Source: Lingula anatina (taxonomy: Eukaryota; Animalia; Brachiopoda). Taken from it: a stretch of 64,000 bases of DNA. Position 1 is the stretch's first letter. Each line of letters opens with the position of its first letter. A program made the position numbers and the translations under genes. The DNA is taken from contig CM120640.1 of the NCBI GenBank assembly GCA_051362555.1, positions 53,980,788 through 54,044,787 of the forward strand, given 5' to 3'. The notes beneath the pieces were generated by a model. The model had not been told where the DNA came from. It was given only the letters and a program-made list of their open reading frames with translations, and did not search any database. Of the stretch, positions 1 to 12,336 are shown in pieces.

Positions 1-549
1 CTGTTTTTCCTGTCATGCCCATCGTAAACACTGTGTTGTCAAGTAAAACGAAGCGTCTGATACAAAGTATCAAACGCGGCATTCACGTGCTTGCTTGCGA
101 TGCGTTCAGTACACTTTGTTTACACTGACAAGTCGAGGTCAGGAATGCACAATGTTTTCCTATGTAATTACGCAGTTTCAATTTTGATTAGTGAATTTTC
201 TTTTATCTGCATGGTCATTTTCCGAACATTTGTATGAGCCACGAAATATTTCTCATCGGAAAATAACCCAGCAGCTTTCCAAGTAGAAGCGAGTGACGTC
301 ATGACGCACTTCCGGTTTTCGTCGAGATCTTGAAGGGATAAGCGTTACGGTTTGCTGCACATTTAAAGCGTTCTGTCTCAAAATGTACTCAACTGCTTGG
401 ATTGAAATTTACAGAACTTATTATTCACATGATATCACACATATGTGCTTAATTTGAGAGCTTTAGCTGTTATATGTTTTCTACAGTGCCCATTCAAATT
501 TGAAAAAGAGCTATTTTCCATCGATTTCTTGAAGGGCAAGTCTATATTA
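1..549. mobile_element. Probable non-autonomous DNA transposon end (Kolobok-like) in a 53BP1 intron
   Basis: CpG-rich segment with GTGACGTCA and ACTTCCGG motifs, ending at a TTAA site; composition unlike the neighbouring AT-rich intron. The other end is outside the window. Confidence 0.4.
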
Positions 550-637
550 AAAAAAAAATTACTTGTCAAATTTATTATTGTCTGTACATGTTCTTTTCAT
601 ATATCTATTGGTTTCCCTTTTTATTATGTGCATGCAG

Positions 638-3600
638 CCAGTCAGTGAACTACATTCCACCATCTCCCGGAGCTTATGGGTCTGTTCCAGTCATTATACC
701 AAGTTCTCCCACTGCTCTGTCAGGTTAGTAGATGGCAGTGTTGTCTTCACAAGGTTGATAAATGACCAGAGTGAATTAAGTCAAATAATGGCATTTGTAT
801 AATGTTTTTAATAAGCATGTTTAGTAGTAAATTTCTTTAAGATAAATCTTTAATGAAGGGTATTGAACAGGATAAGGAATGTTTTAAATAGAGAAGAGAG
901 GAAACAAAATGCTGAAGCCATGTTTAAATTTACTCACTTATTCAAGACATTTAGAGATGCGAATGTTATACTTGTATAAATAGATGATGAAACAGAAACA
1001 GCAACAGGTCTGGATTTGTCCTTAGCTAATTTGTCAAGCCTTCAGAAAATAAGACATTCAAGATCAAGGTCATTGGAGCAGAATCCTGTGGCTGATGCTC
1101 TTGACACCACTTTAATTTCAGTAAGTTATGCCATTTCTGATTGTGTGAGATATCACTTAAAATTTTAATTACATTGTGCCTAGAAAACGTAAATATATAA
1201 GGCTGTCTCTCAAATTGACACCGGCTCTTGAAATATTTTTTCATGTATGTAGCTTTGGCTTAGTGCCTTTAAAAACAATACAAATAGCCTTGCTTGTTTA
1301 CATAGTTACTAGGCCAATTCTATGAAAACTGAATGTTGAGATTTGTGTTCTTTTTAGAAGGTATGAATAGCTGATTTGCATTTGCTTTCCTTTTAGACAC
1401 TGGATGAGAATCACAGGCGTGTGGTCAGCCGCTGCCAAACAGACAAAAGTAAAGGAAGTAGTGCATCTGGAGAAAGCTACAGACATGATTCAGGAAATAT
1501 GGGGGTAAAATTTATAATTACTCATGTTTATTTTATTTTATTTTATTTCATTATTGGGTAGATTGTCATGTACTTGAATTAATTATTTAATCTTAATGTC
1601 TCTTCTTATACTTTGATATCAGTAAAATATTTAGGATGATTGTGTATGTTTATATGTATGTATGTGCCCACAATTGTTAATTCTGTTCTAGCATTGTCCA
1701 TCTTCTTTCCCTGTGGACATTGTTAGTATAGATGATGGACAGGAAGAAAGCATCATAGTGTTACAACAGAAAGAGGTATGTTGGAGGAGCCTCCAACAAA
1801 AGATGAAAAAAAAAAGACATCTAGAAGTTGGGTTTATTTCCTTCCATGATCATACATTCATAGTGTTTCAGTCCCAATATAAGACCAGTCAATGAATGTA
1901 GTGCTGTTTAGTTTAGATTTAACAGAACCTCACCTCTTCACCCCACCACTCCTTAAACCTCTTACCAGGTAGACTGTTATTCTTAATTTTGATCTGTACT
2001 TTGCAGTATGTGATGGAGCCTACCTTGAGAGAAGATGCAGTTACACCAGACAGCCAGTGTCCAAGAAAACCAAACCAGACAGGGAAATCTAACACCCCAA
2101 GAAAACTTTTTGAGAATGATATGACTGTTGCAACAAAGAAACTACAAACTGATATAAGAGGTGAAATACCAAACACCAGAATTAACAATCAACATGAGTG
2201 CAGAGTACAGACCAAACATGGTATGTCAAAAAACAATGAAAGTTCTGCTGACAGCAAAAAAGAAATTGTAGCATCACAGCCATCTTTAGTTGCAGGAAAT
2301 TCTGGATTTGACCGTGGTGTTATACTGGAGCAACATCACCAGGGCAAGAGGTATGGAGCAAAACAGCACACTGATAACATTGTCCATGTGCAAGTAGCAG
2401 AGGGTTCAAATAGGGAAATACAAGATTCAGGACATCAGCATGAAGTGGTTAGCTATTCAGATAGAAAATCGTCTCATATTGGCAAATTTGCTTTAACAGA
2501 AAGTGTGCACCTTCATTTAAGTGCTACTGAAAGGAAGGACATTTATGAACAATCCATGGTAGAGAGTCTGCCAGAGAACTGTCCAGTTTATAAGATTGCT
2601 AGAGAAGAAGATGCTAGTATTACTATTTTGGAAGAGGAAAGTCGGCCATCAGCCATACAAGGTTGTCATGGTAAGGTTTTAGATTTTTCAGCATACAAAT
2701 TTTCTGTGATGTTTAGGGCAGAATTTATGTGATTCAATGCATTATAACATTTGACTGAAGCAGAGTTTCAGAACAAGTCATAGGAAGAGTATTTTGTAAT
2801 TTAAAGGCATAATAACTCTTTGTATGAGACCTATATTTCACAATAAAAAACTTGTGAATAACTCATAGAAATATAATATATTCTGTTTTACCACAAAAAC
2901 AGCAGTTATAGCTTTTATTCTGATATTTGAACTTGTCTTTAGACCACGTGACCTCCATTGATTTCTATACTCTGTTAAAATCTCTTAAGAGATTTTAACA
3001 AAAAACCAAACTTTTTAGAAAAAAACCAGGGACTAACTTTGAATGTAAAAATGGATTCATTAACCATTGGTAAGTATGGGAAAATTGTTGTTTACTCCAG
3101 GAAAATTCATTTTTTGGCCGAAACGAAGAGTTATTATTGCTTTAAGTTTATTCAAGAATATTAAAATAATCCATATTTCTACATAAAGCTTCCCATTTTA
3201 CAAGTCGGGTTCATATAATAATAATAATAATATTTATTTCTTCAAACCGCACTACACTACCGTCTCAATGCTGTTTACAGGTAAAATTATCAGGATTACA
3301 ACTAGACATATATATAATAAAAGCTAAGGTTAAAAATAATTAAAATAATTAAAGCTGGTTAAAATAGTAATGGTCTGAACAATAAAACTTTTTTTCTGAT
3401 AAAATGAGAAAATATTAATTAAAATACTGTGCAAATAATGTTTTAAAATCTTTTTTAAAAACCTCAACACTATCAATAGTCCCAATGTGTGAGGGTAATT
3501 GATTCCATAAAATTGGTGCTGAAATAGAAAATGCCCTGTGGCCGTAGGTTTTGGTTGTTTTTTTATTATCATTTCTGATAAAACAAGGAGTGGAGGTGGA

Positions 3601-6600
3601 TCTGGTAGACCTGGTGAGACTGGGTGTACTTGGATGTAGCATCAAGTTAAAATATGAGAGACATTCTCCTCTGGTGAATTTAAAAACAAACAACAGTAAT
3701 TTAAAAACAATTCTCTGTCATACAGGAAGCCAATGTAGTTTGAATAAAATGGGTGAAATGTTTGATCTGAGAGGGATTTAGTCAGTAGTCGTGCTGCAGC
3801 ATTTTGGACAGATTGCAATTTTTCAATTTGGTAGGTAGGAAGACCATACAGTAGACTGTTTCCATAGTCAAGATGTGAAGTTATAAAGGCAGGGACAAGC
3901 CTCTCCATTTGACTTTTATCAAGGATGTGGGATAGTTTGGAAAATTTTTTAAGACCATAGAAAGCGGCTTTGCATTTTTACTGATGTCGGCAGCCATATC
4001 GCACCTATTATCAAAAATTACTCCAAGGTTTTTAACCTCATCTTTTACTGTGACTGTACTGTTTCCAATTTCTAATAGTTCTAGTTTTTCCGCATCCTTA
4101 GAAAAACGAGAAGTAAAGTGAACAACTTCTGTTTTGCCATCATTGAAGACAAGTGAATTGGCATTAAGCCATTGACTCAACTGAATATGAAAGCTTTATT
4201 AGACCAACTTTTTTTTTTTTAATATTTCACTTTTCACCAAACGGTAGGGGAAACCAGGGCTAGTTGGCCCAGTTAGACACTTTTGGCCTTAGAGCCAACT
4301 AGGAATGAGTTAGAGTAACAAATCCGGTTTCAAAGTAAGCCCCATGAAATTAGCTATGTATGCAATGTCATTATTTTTCAAATGTAAAGCATGGCTCACA
4401 ATTTGAAAAAAAAACAAAAAACCCCAACTGACCTCAAGGGGACCAATGACGTCAGATGGGGCAAACTTCCCCCGCCACGGGGCAAGTTGGCCCCATGGTC
4501 GGGGCAAGTTGGACCCCTATACGAAAATGAAGTAAGTATCCCCTGTAAACGCCTTGAAATACATTTTTACACATTTTCAATTTATTAGATTGATTTTTGA
4601 GTCTTTGATAAACAAATGGTTCAAATGAGGCAGATTTATTGAGATTTCCCTCCATCACATTGTATATGTTGCAAGAACCAAAATATGTATCAATAAAATT
4701 TGTTTTAATTGAGAATAAATTAATAATGGTATAAAGCAGGTTTTTGAATGATAATGCGCAAAGAATAGTGGGTAATATGGGGTCCAACTTGCCCCGAGCC
4801 AAGGGGGCCAACTAGCCCCAGGTGCACAATTTTTAGATTTGAGAATTGCAGTTGTTTATGGTGCAAGAATGGACTACATTAATACAATTTAGTAAATTTT
4901 GAAACAATTAGCTTTAGTTTGATACCCTATACATATACTTTATTTGATCAAAAGTCTATGAAAATAGATTTTTAAATCTTTTGAAAAAAATTACTTTTAG
5001 GTGCAAAACCCATTAAATTTAGCCATACCGCCTAAGTAAAACTTTTTAACTTCTGACACTTCCTTAGCATTGTAGGCTACTGTCACTTTACTAAATGATG
5101 TGATCAATTTTTTTCACCCTGTAGTTACTTTTTCATACATAGATGGGGTGCCAACTTACCCTGGGGTCCAACTAACCCCGGTTTTCAAGGTGTCACTTTG
5201 AACCCCAATGAAAATAAAGCCCCTGTTACATTTTCTGAATTTTAACAATATTTTTAGAGTATTTTCTATGTAGCATTTCAAATTTTAAAAAATTGGTGAA
5301 AAGGCAGTAAAAGGCACACAATGAAGGATTTTTAATGGATTCTAAGTGCGTGGATGGCTTCTAGTTGAACTTATGAGGCCAAGTAAAATTTTTAAAGCAT
5401 TTAAATGACTGATTATAAGAATGATCAATATCACAACAACCTTCTTCTGTCTTTTTCCATAACTTTATTTTTGAGTGCATCTCCATTGGTGCAATTTAAG
5501 AAATATTTGACAAAATCAATGTCTTGTCATTACTAGTATAAATCTGTAATAGGGGTAAGTGTCTTGTCTGATTGAAATTTTATTTGGACTAGTGGTCTGA
5601 ATGGCTGATAAGCTGAAAACTTAAGCTGAAAATAAGATGCACAGACTGAATGTACCCCCCCCCCCCCAACATACACACACTTATGCGTACACATACAAAC
5701 ACACATTCTCTCTCCCATGTTTCTCTGTTGTAGTTTAATTACGATGCTGAACATTGTTCAAATAGGCTATGATCAGAATAGACTTGTCAGAAATAATACA
5801 GCTGTTTAGTATCAGCACCTTACACAAATATGGACAACAATCACGTGACTGGTACGTGCCTGTACCTGCCAACAAGCTTGTTACACCTGGTCTTCACGAC
5901 ATGCCTAGACAAGAGGGTTTATCAAAGAGGACCAGTTTTATAGGGGGATGAATTAAGAATTTAAAAAAATGCTAGTATAACAGGTTTAAGTTCTAAAAAA
6001 ATGTCATTGCTTTTTAGCACATTTTTAATACTAGATCAACCTTAGATTTAGGGATAGATTGATATACATATTTTCACTGTTAATGCATGTGTATCCTGCT
6101 GTACCCAATTATTAGAATAGTACAGTATTAGTTGGTCCAAGATGACCGTTGGTTTATTGTGTTCTTCCACTTTCTGTGTTTGAATGTTTTCGATGGCAAT
6201 GCTGGCTTTAAAATTCTCTGTTGATTTGCAAGGTAAGTACTAATATATGTAGAGCACTGGCAACTGTCATTGTATCAGTATTTTTATTTTATAATTATAT
6301 AATATTTTGAGAAGGCATTGATAGATAAGTGGCAATAAAGTAAAATGGTTCATAGATAACTGAAGATAGGTGTTGTGATGTTGTGAAAGATGTGGTGTAA
6401 TATGGTAATGGCAGATAGTGTATATTTAATCATAAAAGTAAAACATTCTTATTGAGTGAAAAGCTGGCTGCCCTATAATTGTATTCGGTACAGTAAAAGT
6501 ACCACAAATGCTACAGAAATTATAATTAAACCCACTGAAAAGATCAAGTCATTGCTGTAATTCTTATGCATTGTGTAACAAATAGCTATAACAGAAAATG

Positions 6601-9600
6601 TAAAGATCTTTTTATATGTGATTTATTTCTCATATTCCATAAGATGTAGCAGCAGAGACTGCAGAGGACTGGTCTCTCCATTTAACCCCATCTCAAGGCA
6701 GTACTTCACAGTACACTCTGGCATTGAGTGAAGCCACAAGAGGGGCCAACCCCAGGGGTATGATATAACTTTGAACGTCAGAGACTGCTATCTAGAAAAG
6801 AAGTATTTGTAAATATTGTAAAGATACAAAATCTGCAATGGCTTTAAAATAATAAAGTATTGAAAATGCTTTAAGGTGACTTAGATTTTAAGATGGTGAA
6901 GTATAATTGAAATATTAGAGATTTAAGTTGAAGATTACTTAAGAAAAGCTTTTATTTAAACTTCTACATCACACTACTAAAACTTAAGCAAAATTAAATA
7001 AAGGATCACCGATTAAAGAAAACTTTCTGTTATTTGTATATTTCAGAAGTTAGGAAGAAAAAAGATAGACCTTGCATTAAGGATACACCAAAGCATTATC
7101 TCTCAGAAGAGTCCAAGAAGAGCAACAGACCCACATCAGCAATGTCTACATCCTCTGAAGCCTCTGGAGGTTGACACATTTTCTCTTTTCTCCTTTTCAT
7201 TATTATTATCAGATTTTAAGTGCTTATAATTTTCTGTTTGTCACAAGGTGAATGTTGACAAACATTTGGTACATTGTATCTCCCAGGGCTTAAACATTTA
7301 GTTCTAGTGGTGCAAAGTATTTATATGTTATATTATTTGTTTGTCTAAAAACCATTATTGTTCATATTCTTGTTTGTTCCTATTTTACTGGTTTGTGCTT
7401 TATTTTTCTGACAGCATTTCGTCTCAGTATGCCAGAAATACTACCTGACACACCTGATGTTCAAAGACATGAAGATGAAGAACAGGTTGGACAGCAAAGT
7501 CAGAAAGTTTCAGACTTATCTTCAAAAGTAAATGCCAGGCAAAAAGAAAGGTATTATTGTTTAACTTTTTATTATTATCATTGTTATTCTTCAGATTTTT
7601 AAAATCTTTACCAAATTTATTGAAATTCTTTTTAATTGTAAGGTTTTGATTGTGATTTGTCTCTTTGCTTGTCTCTTTATTTTTTAAGTAAAGAATAATT
7701 CTGTTTTCAATGTATTTCTGTTAACATATTATATTTGGATTGTCTGGGGGGTTTCTTCACATGCCTCAGGTTGAGTGAACAGTTTACATGCATGCTGTGC
7801 ATTTTCACTTTACACTTTGCAGAAAAAAAATGTAATTTGTGATCTGCAAGTGAAATAACATAATGTAAAAATATGCAATATTTTTGGTAGATAGTTTTTG
7901 CATAATATAGAGTTTTTGAAATAGTATACTTTCACCAAGCAATATTGTTATATCCTTTAAAAATCTAAATATTATGCTTGAAAAAATGCATGCTATCATT
8001 ACACAATAGGTCCCCATACATTTTGAATGGTAGCAGGTTAAGATATGACACTCACATTGACACATGGTATTATTGCAGGATTTTGGCTGAAAGAAAACCA
8101 GAGGGGCCAACTTTAACCTTGAATATGATTCACACCCAATCAGAAAATTCTGAAGATGTGACTGAATTTATGGTGGAACGTAAGAAGTTGATATGTATTT
8201 ATAACCCAAAGATACCAGATCGTGATATAGTTAAACTTGGTAGCTTTTTTTACAACCATGAGACCTTAAAACTGGAGATAATAAGATTACTTTCAAGTTT
8301 CAGATGATATAATTTCCCCCCACCCCCCAATGACCATATTTACAGTCATCAATGTTTTTCATCATTCAGGTCCGGATATTGGCAGCAATTCTGTGAGCAG
8401 TAACCACAGTGTTGAAACACCAGTCTCCATGTTCACCAGAGTGAAAGAGGCTGTCATATCAGGAGGGCATGCTACTTGTCCTCGGTCAACAACTTTGTCA
8501 GAAAGGTTTGGAGTTATTCAGTTCGTGTCATACTGTACAAATAAAACAGAAGTAGCTGTTGGGCTTTCACTTATTTGTCTTAAGCAAAATAGTTGGAAAA
8601 GAATCTGGTAAAATTAAGTTAGCAATATTGGAAAAATGGGTTGAAAAAGACCTGACCTGTTTTCAATATTATATGTTAATCATATTACTTACTTTTTTTA
8701 ATATGATATATTTGATATGGAATTGATTCTGAAATGATTCAGGGGTATGCAGAATTTACAATTCATAAGAACCAGCCAAATTGCAGTCTATTGACCAATG
8801 TTATATTTATTATTTCATTATTTCAGTGAGCTTGATCTTTTTGCATATGTGTCACAAGATAGCCCTCACCAACAACAGATGTCTGTACCAAGATCTGATC
8901 AGCTGAGATCAAGGCAGAGGAGAGAACAGGATTGTGACGGAGCTCAAGGAACTGTGCAGAAGACAAATCAAGCACCTGTACTTCAAGAAGAGCAAAAGAG
9001 GGTTGGTATAGAAAATTCCTGGCTTTTCAGCATACTGGCCTGCATAAGGCTTTAGAAGGTTCCATCTTTTGGAGGATTTCTGTTCTTTGTGCATGAAATG
9101 ATTTTTAGAAAGTTACTGAATTTTGTAGGAAATGATGATATTGAAGTGATTGGATGTCAAACTAATGGCCAAACATTTATTAAAGGCTTATTTCAGAACA
9201 CTAGTTTGAAGTTGCTGATTGTCTTAAGTTGTCAGTATATGTGCCCTCTTAAATCTGCTAGATCATTGGGAAATTGGCATCATTGTGATTGATGTTTTCC
9301 TGTGCTAAAACTCTGTGACTGTGAAAAATGTGATTGTTTACAGGATGACACTGAAGATCAGCAGTGCACCAAAATATCCAGTGAGAAGTCTCGTTCACCT
9401 CTCAAGTCATCAGCAGAGTTAACTGCCACAGGGGAGTTTAAAGTTCAAAAGACAGACTACTCTAGGGAAACAAAGAGTAAATCACAAGGCCAAAGAAAAA
9501 GAAGATTTAGAAAAAGACACAAAGATAAACCAGAACTGAGACATGTGAATGCAGAGAGATACGATACAAGCCATGTTGTTGTCACTGGTGATAGCAATAG

Positions 9601-12266
9601 CAAATCACAAAGCCGACTTTATGATTGTGAAACACAGTCATATGATTGGCAGAAAGAACTAGCTGAGCAGAATCAGAATAACCAGAGTGACACACAGCAA
9701 GACGCACAGATAATAGAAGACAATCAGCTGAATGTGCATGACCCATTTGAATTTAGAATGTCTCAGTCACAACGCGACAGACAGTCTCTGAAGAGCTTGA
9801 CTTTGGGAAGAGAGGCTAGGAAGAGAAAGGCAACAGCACTACAAAAGGTAGGAATGTTAGAATATAAATTAAAATTGTTTCTCATCAAAAGGACGATATT
9901 GGTGTTATTGCTATGTAATATATGTAATGAGCTGTAAGTTTTCACTATTTTTCCATCAAATCACTGCATTTTTATTTTTAAATACTTGACAAACTAATGA
10001 AATGTCCCCATTCCTTCAAATTGGTATTTCAAATGTGATGCAAACATTGATACTTTGATATACACATAAAGTCCAAAGCTCATTTTGTTATCTTAAGGAG
10101 GAACAAACATTCAGTAATTCAGTGTCTACAAAAAGAAAAAGTGGAGCTAAAGGAAAAAGTGAAAGTATAGCAGGCAGTCATTTCAATAAAACCCAAGCAC
10201 GGCAGCGGCCAAGGTCACAAGATGTAAAGGAAGGTCAGGATGATGTGTCTCAGGGAAATAGCAACCAAAATGGCAGAGAAGCCCAAGGTAGGAAGAGACC
10301 CCATTCAGAAGCTGGCCCAAGTAAAGATGGTTCTTCTGGAGAACAGCAAGGACAGGGAGATGGCAACAAGGAAAAGGCAAGTTTGGTCTTTCTTGTACAA
10401 GGTCAAAACCCTTTCAGTTTTGGTACTGATGATGTCTCATTACAATCGTGAATTAGAAATACAAAGTTGCTGTTACTGTTTCAAAAAAAGACTTTTACTC
10501 TAAATAAAAGTGAACTATATTTTGTCATTGAAAGTCAAGTCTCAAATTTATAGCTTCTCCTTCCTTTCAGCCACCTATACAAGGCGGAACAGATGAACCT
10601 CCACAGAAAATAATCAGAACTGTTGTGGAAGAAATAGTTACTGTCAGAAGGATTATTACAGAGGAAATAGTCATTGGGGGACGAGTGGTCAAGAAAACAA
10701 CCAGAGAAGTAAGTATAATGTATTTTACTCTGATTTTGTTTGTCTTACACTCATATGTTAGAAGCTGTGTAGTTTTTTCAAAGCAGGTGGCTGATGAAGA
10801 TATTATGTTCACAAATGATATGTGATAAAGATGTGACCATATTTAATGTTGTCCAGACTAGTTTAAAGTCTGGAAAAAATATTCAGCACCCATCAGTTTG
10901 CCCGTTTCTCTCATTTTACCTATTGCCTCTTACAGTCACCTATAATGCATGTATGTATGATTATATATAAACATATATGATGATAATCTCTGTAAACCAG
11001 GAAAAAGAAGAACCAGTTGTAAGATCAAGTCCGGGCAGCATGTCCACTATCTCTCCATCAAGGACTGTTAGTTCCTTGACTTCTGGTGACCTGGGTGATG
11101 TGAGCAGTTTGTCTAAGACCACCAGCATCAGTACTACTGGGGGCAGCAGCCTGAGCAAGTCCGCCAGTAATGTGACCAGTCCTAGCTCTGGTCGAGAGAG
11201 TCCAAGCAGGTTTGGGTCAAGGGAAAATAGGTCAGCAGGGATGCTCCAGCCACCACAACCACCCCAGACATCTTCAAAAAATGATAATGAAGACAACACT
11301 CAAGGTGATGGGAATATACAGCCTGGTATTGTGAGTGCTTCTGGAAACCAAACCAGAGCTAAGAGTGTGGCCTCTAATCAGACTGGTGGCCATGAGGGAG
11401 ATGATGAGCTGACACAACAAATTAGCACTGGAGTGGTTAGTTTAGACCATGATAGAGCTCCAAGTGCAGATCTGTTACCTTCGCATGTCCATACACCTGT
11501 TACAGATGAGAGAACTGGATCTTTACAAAGAACGGTAGATTCTTTCCTAAGTCCAGCTCCACCTAGACCCTCTCCCACAGAAACGGTCATTCTTGATAGG
11601 ACACATAGCTCGGAAAAGTCCCTTAATAAATCTTCTAACAGTAGCGCTGCTAGCTTGAAACATTCTGAATCTCTTTTTACCAGTCCTGAATTGGTGCAGC
11701 GTCAGAATATTGAAAAGCAGACCAGCAACAGCAGTGAGATTATACAGGCAGGTCAAAGAACCTCCAGTACTTCCAGTGCAAAATGTTCACAGTCTTTGTT
11801 CACAAGTCCAGAATTAAAAAAGAAGTCATCCACTGCTTCCACAAGCACTACCAGCACCAGTACTGTGATGTCTGAAAGGGGCGAGAGTATAGATGACACT
11901 GTATTTACTAAACCTCAAGCAGACACTGTCAGAAAAAAACAGCTTAGTATTAAAGATACAGAAACCTCCATTGCCAAAGACAACATTGTCCATGCAGAAG
12001 CCTCTGAGAACACTTTATCTCCTGTAAAGGTATCTGAAAGGCCAAAAAGGTTTTCATCATCTTCAGGAAACTCTGGAAGCAAAACAGATGATGGATTGAC
12101 CAGAAGGAGTAATAGAAAGGGAACAATTTCAGGTAATTTTAATTAGTACCACCAGCGTGTACGCTGGCGGTACTCATGGTTTTAGTCCCGACCCGTGTTG
12201 TACGGCTCTGTTGGCTCCGCAAGGCGTCGTGGGATACAAGTCACCGTTACCACTTCTCCTCCTAGT

Positions 12267-12336
<70 letters not shown>

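Noticed and set aside
1926-1968. Extra 53BP1 exon (aacag|AAC..CCAG|gtagac)
   Set aside because: 43 nt would shift the frame between two phase-0 neighbours; no support.
9132-9218. Possible intronic C/D-box snoRNA (ATGATGA...CTGA)
   Set aside because: No convincing terminal stem and no recognisable rRNA guide; such boxes arise by chance in AT-rich introns.
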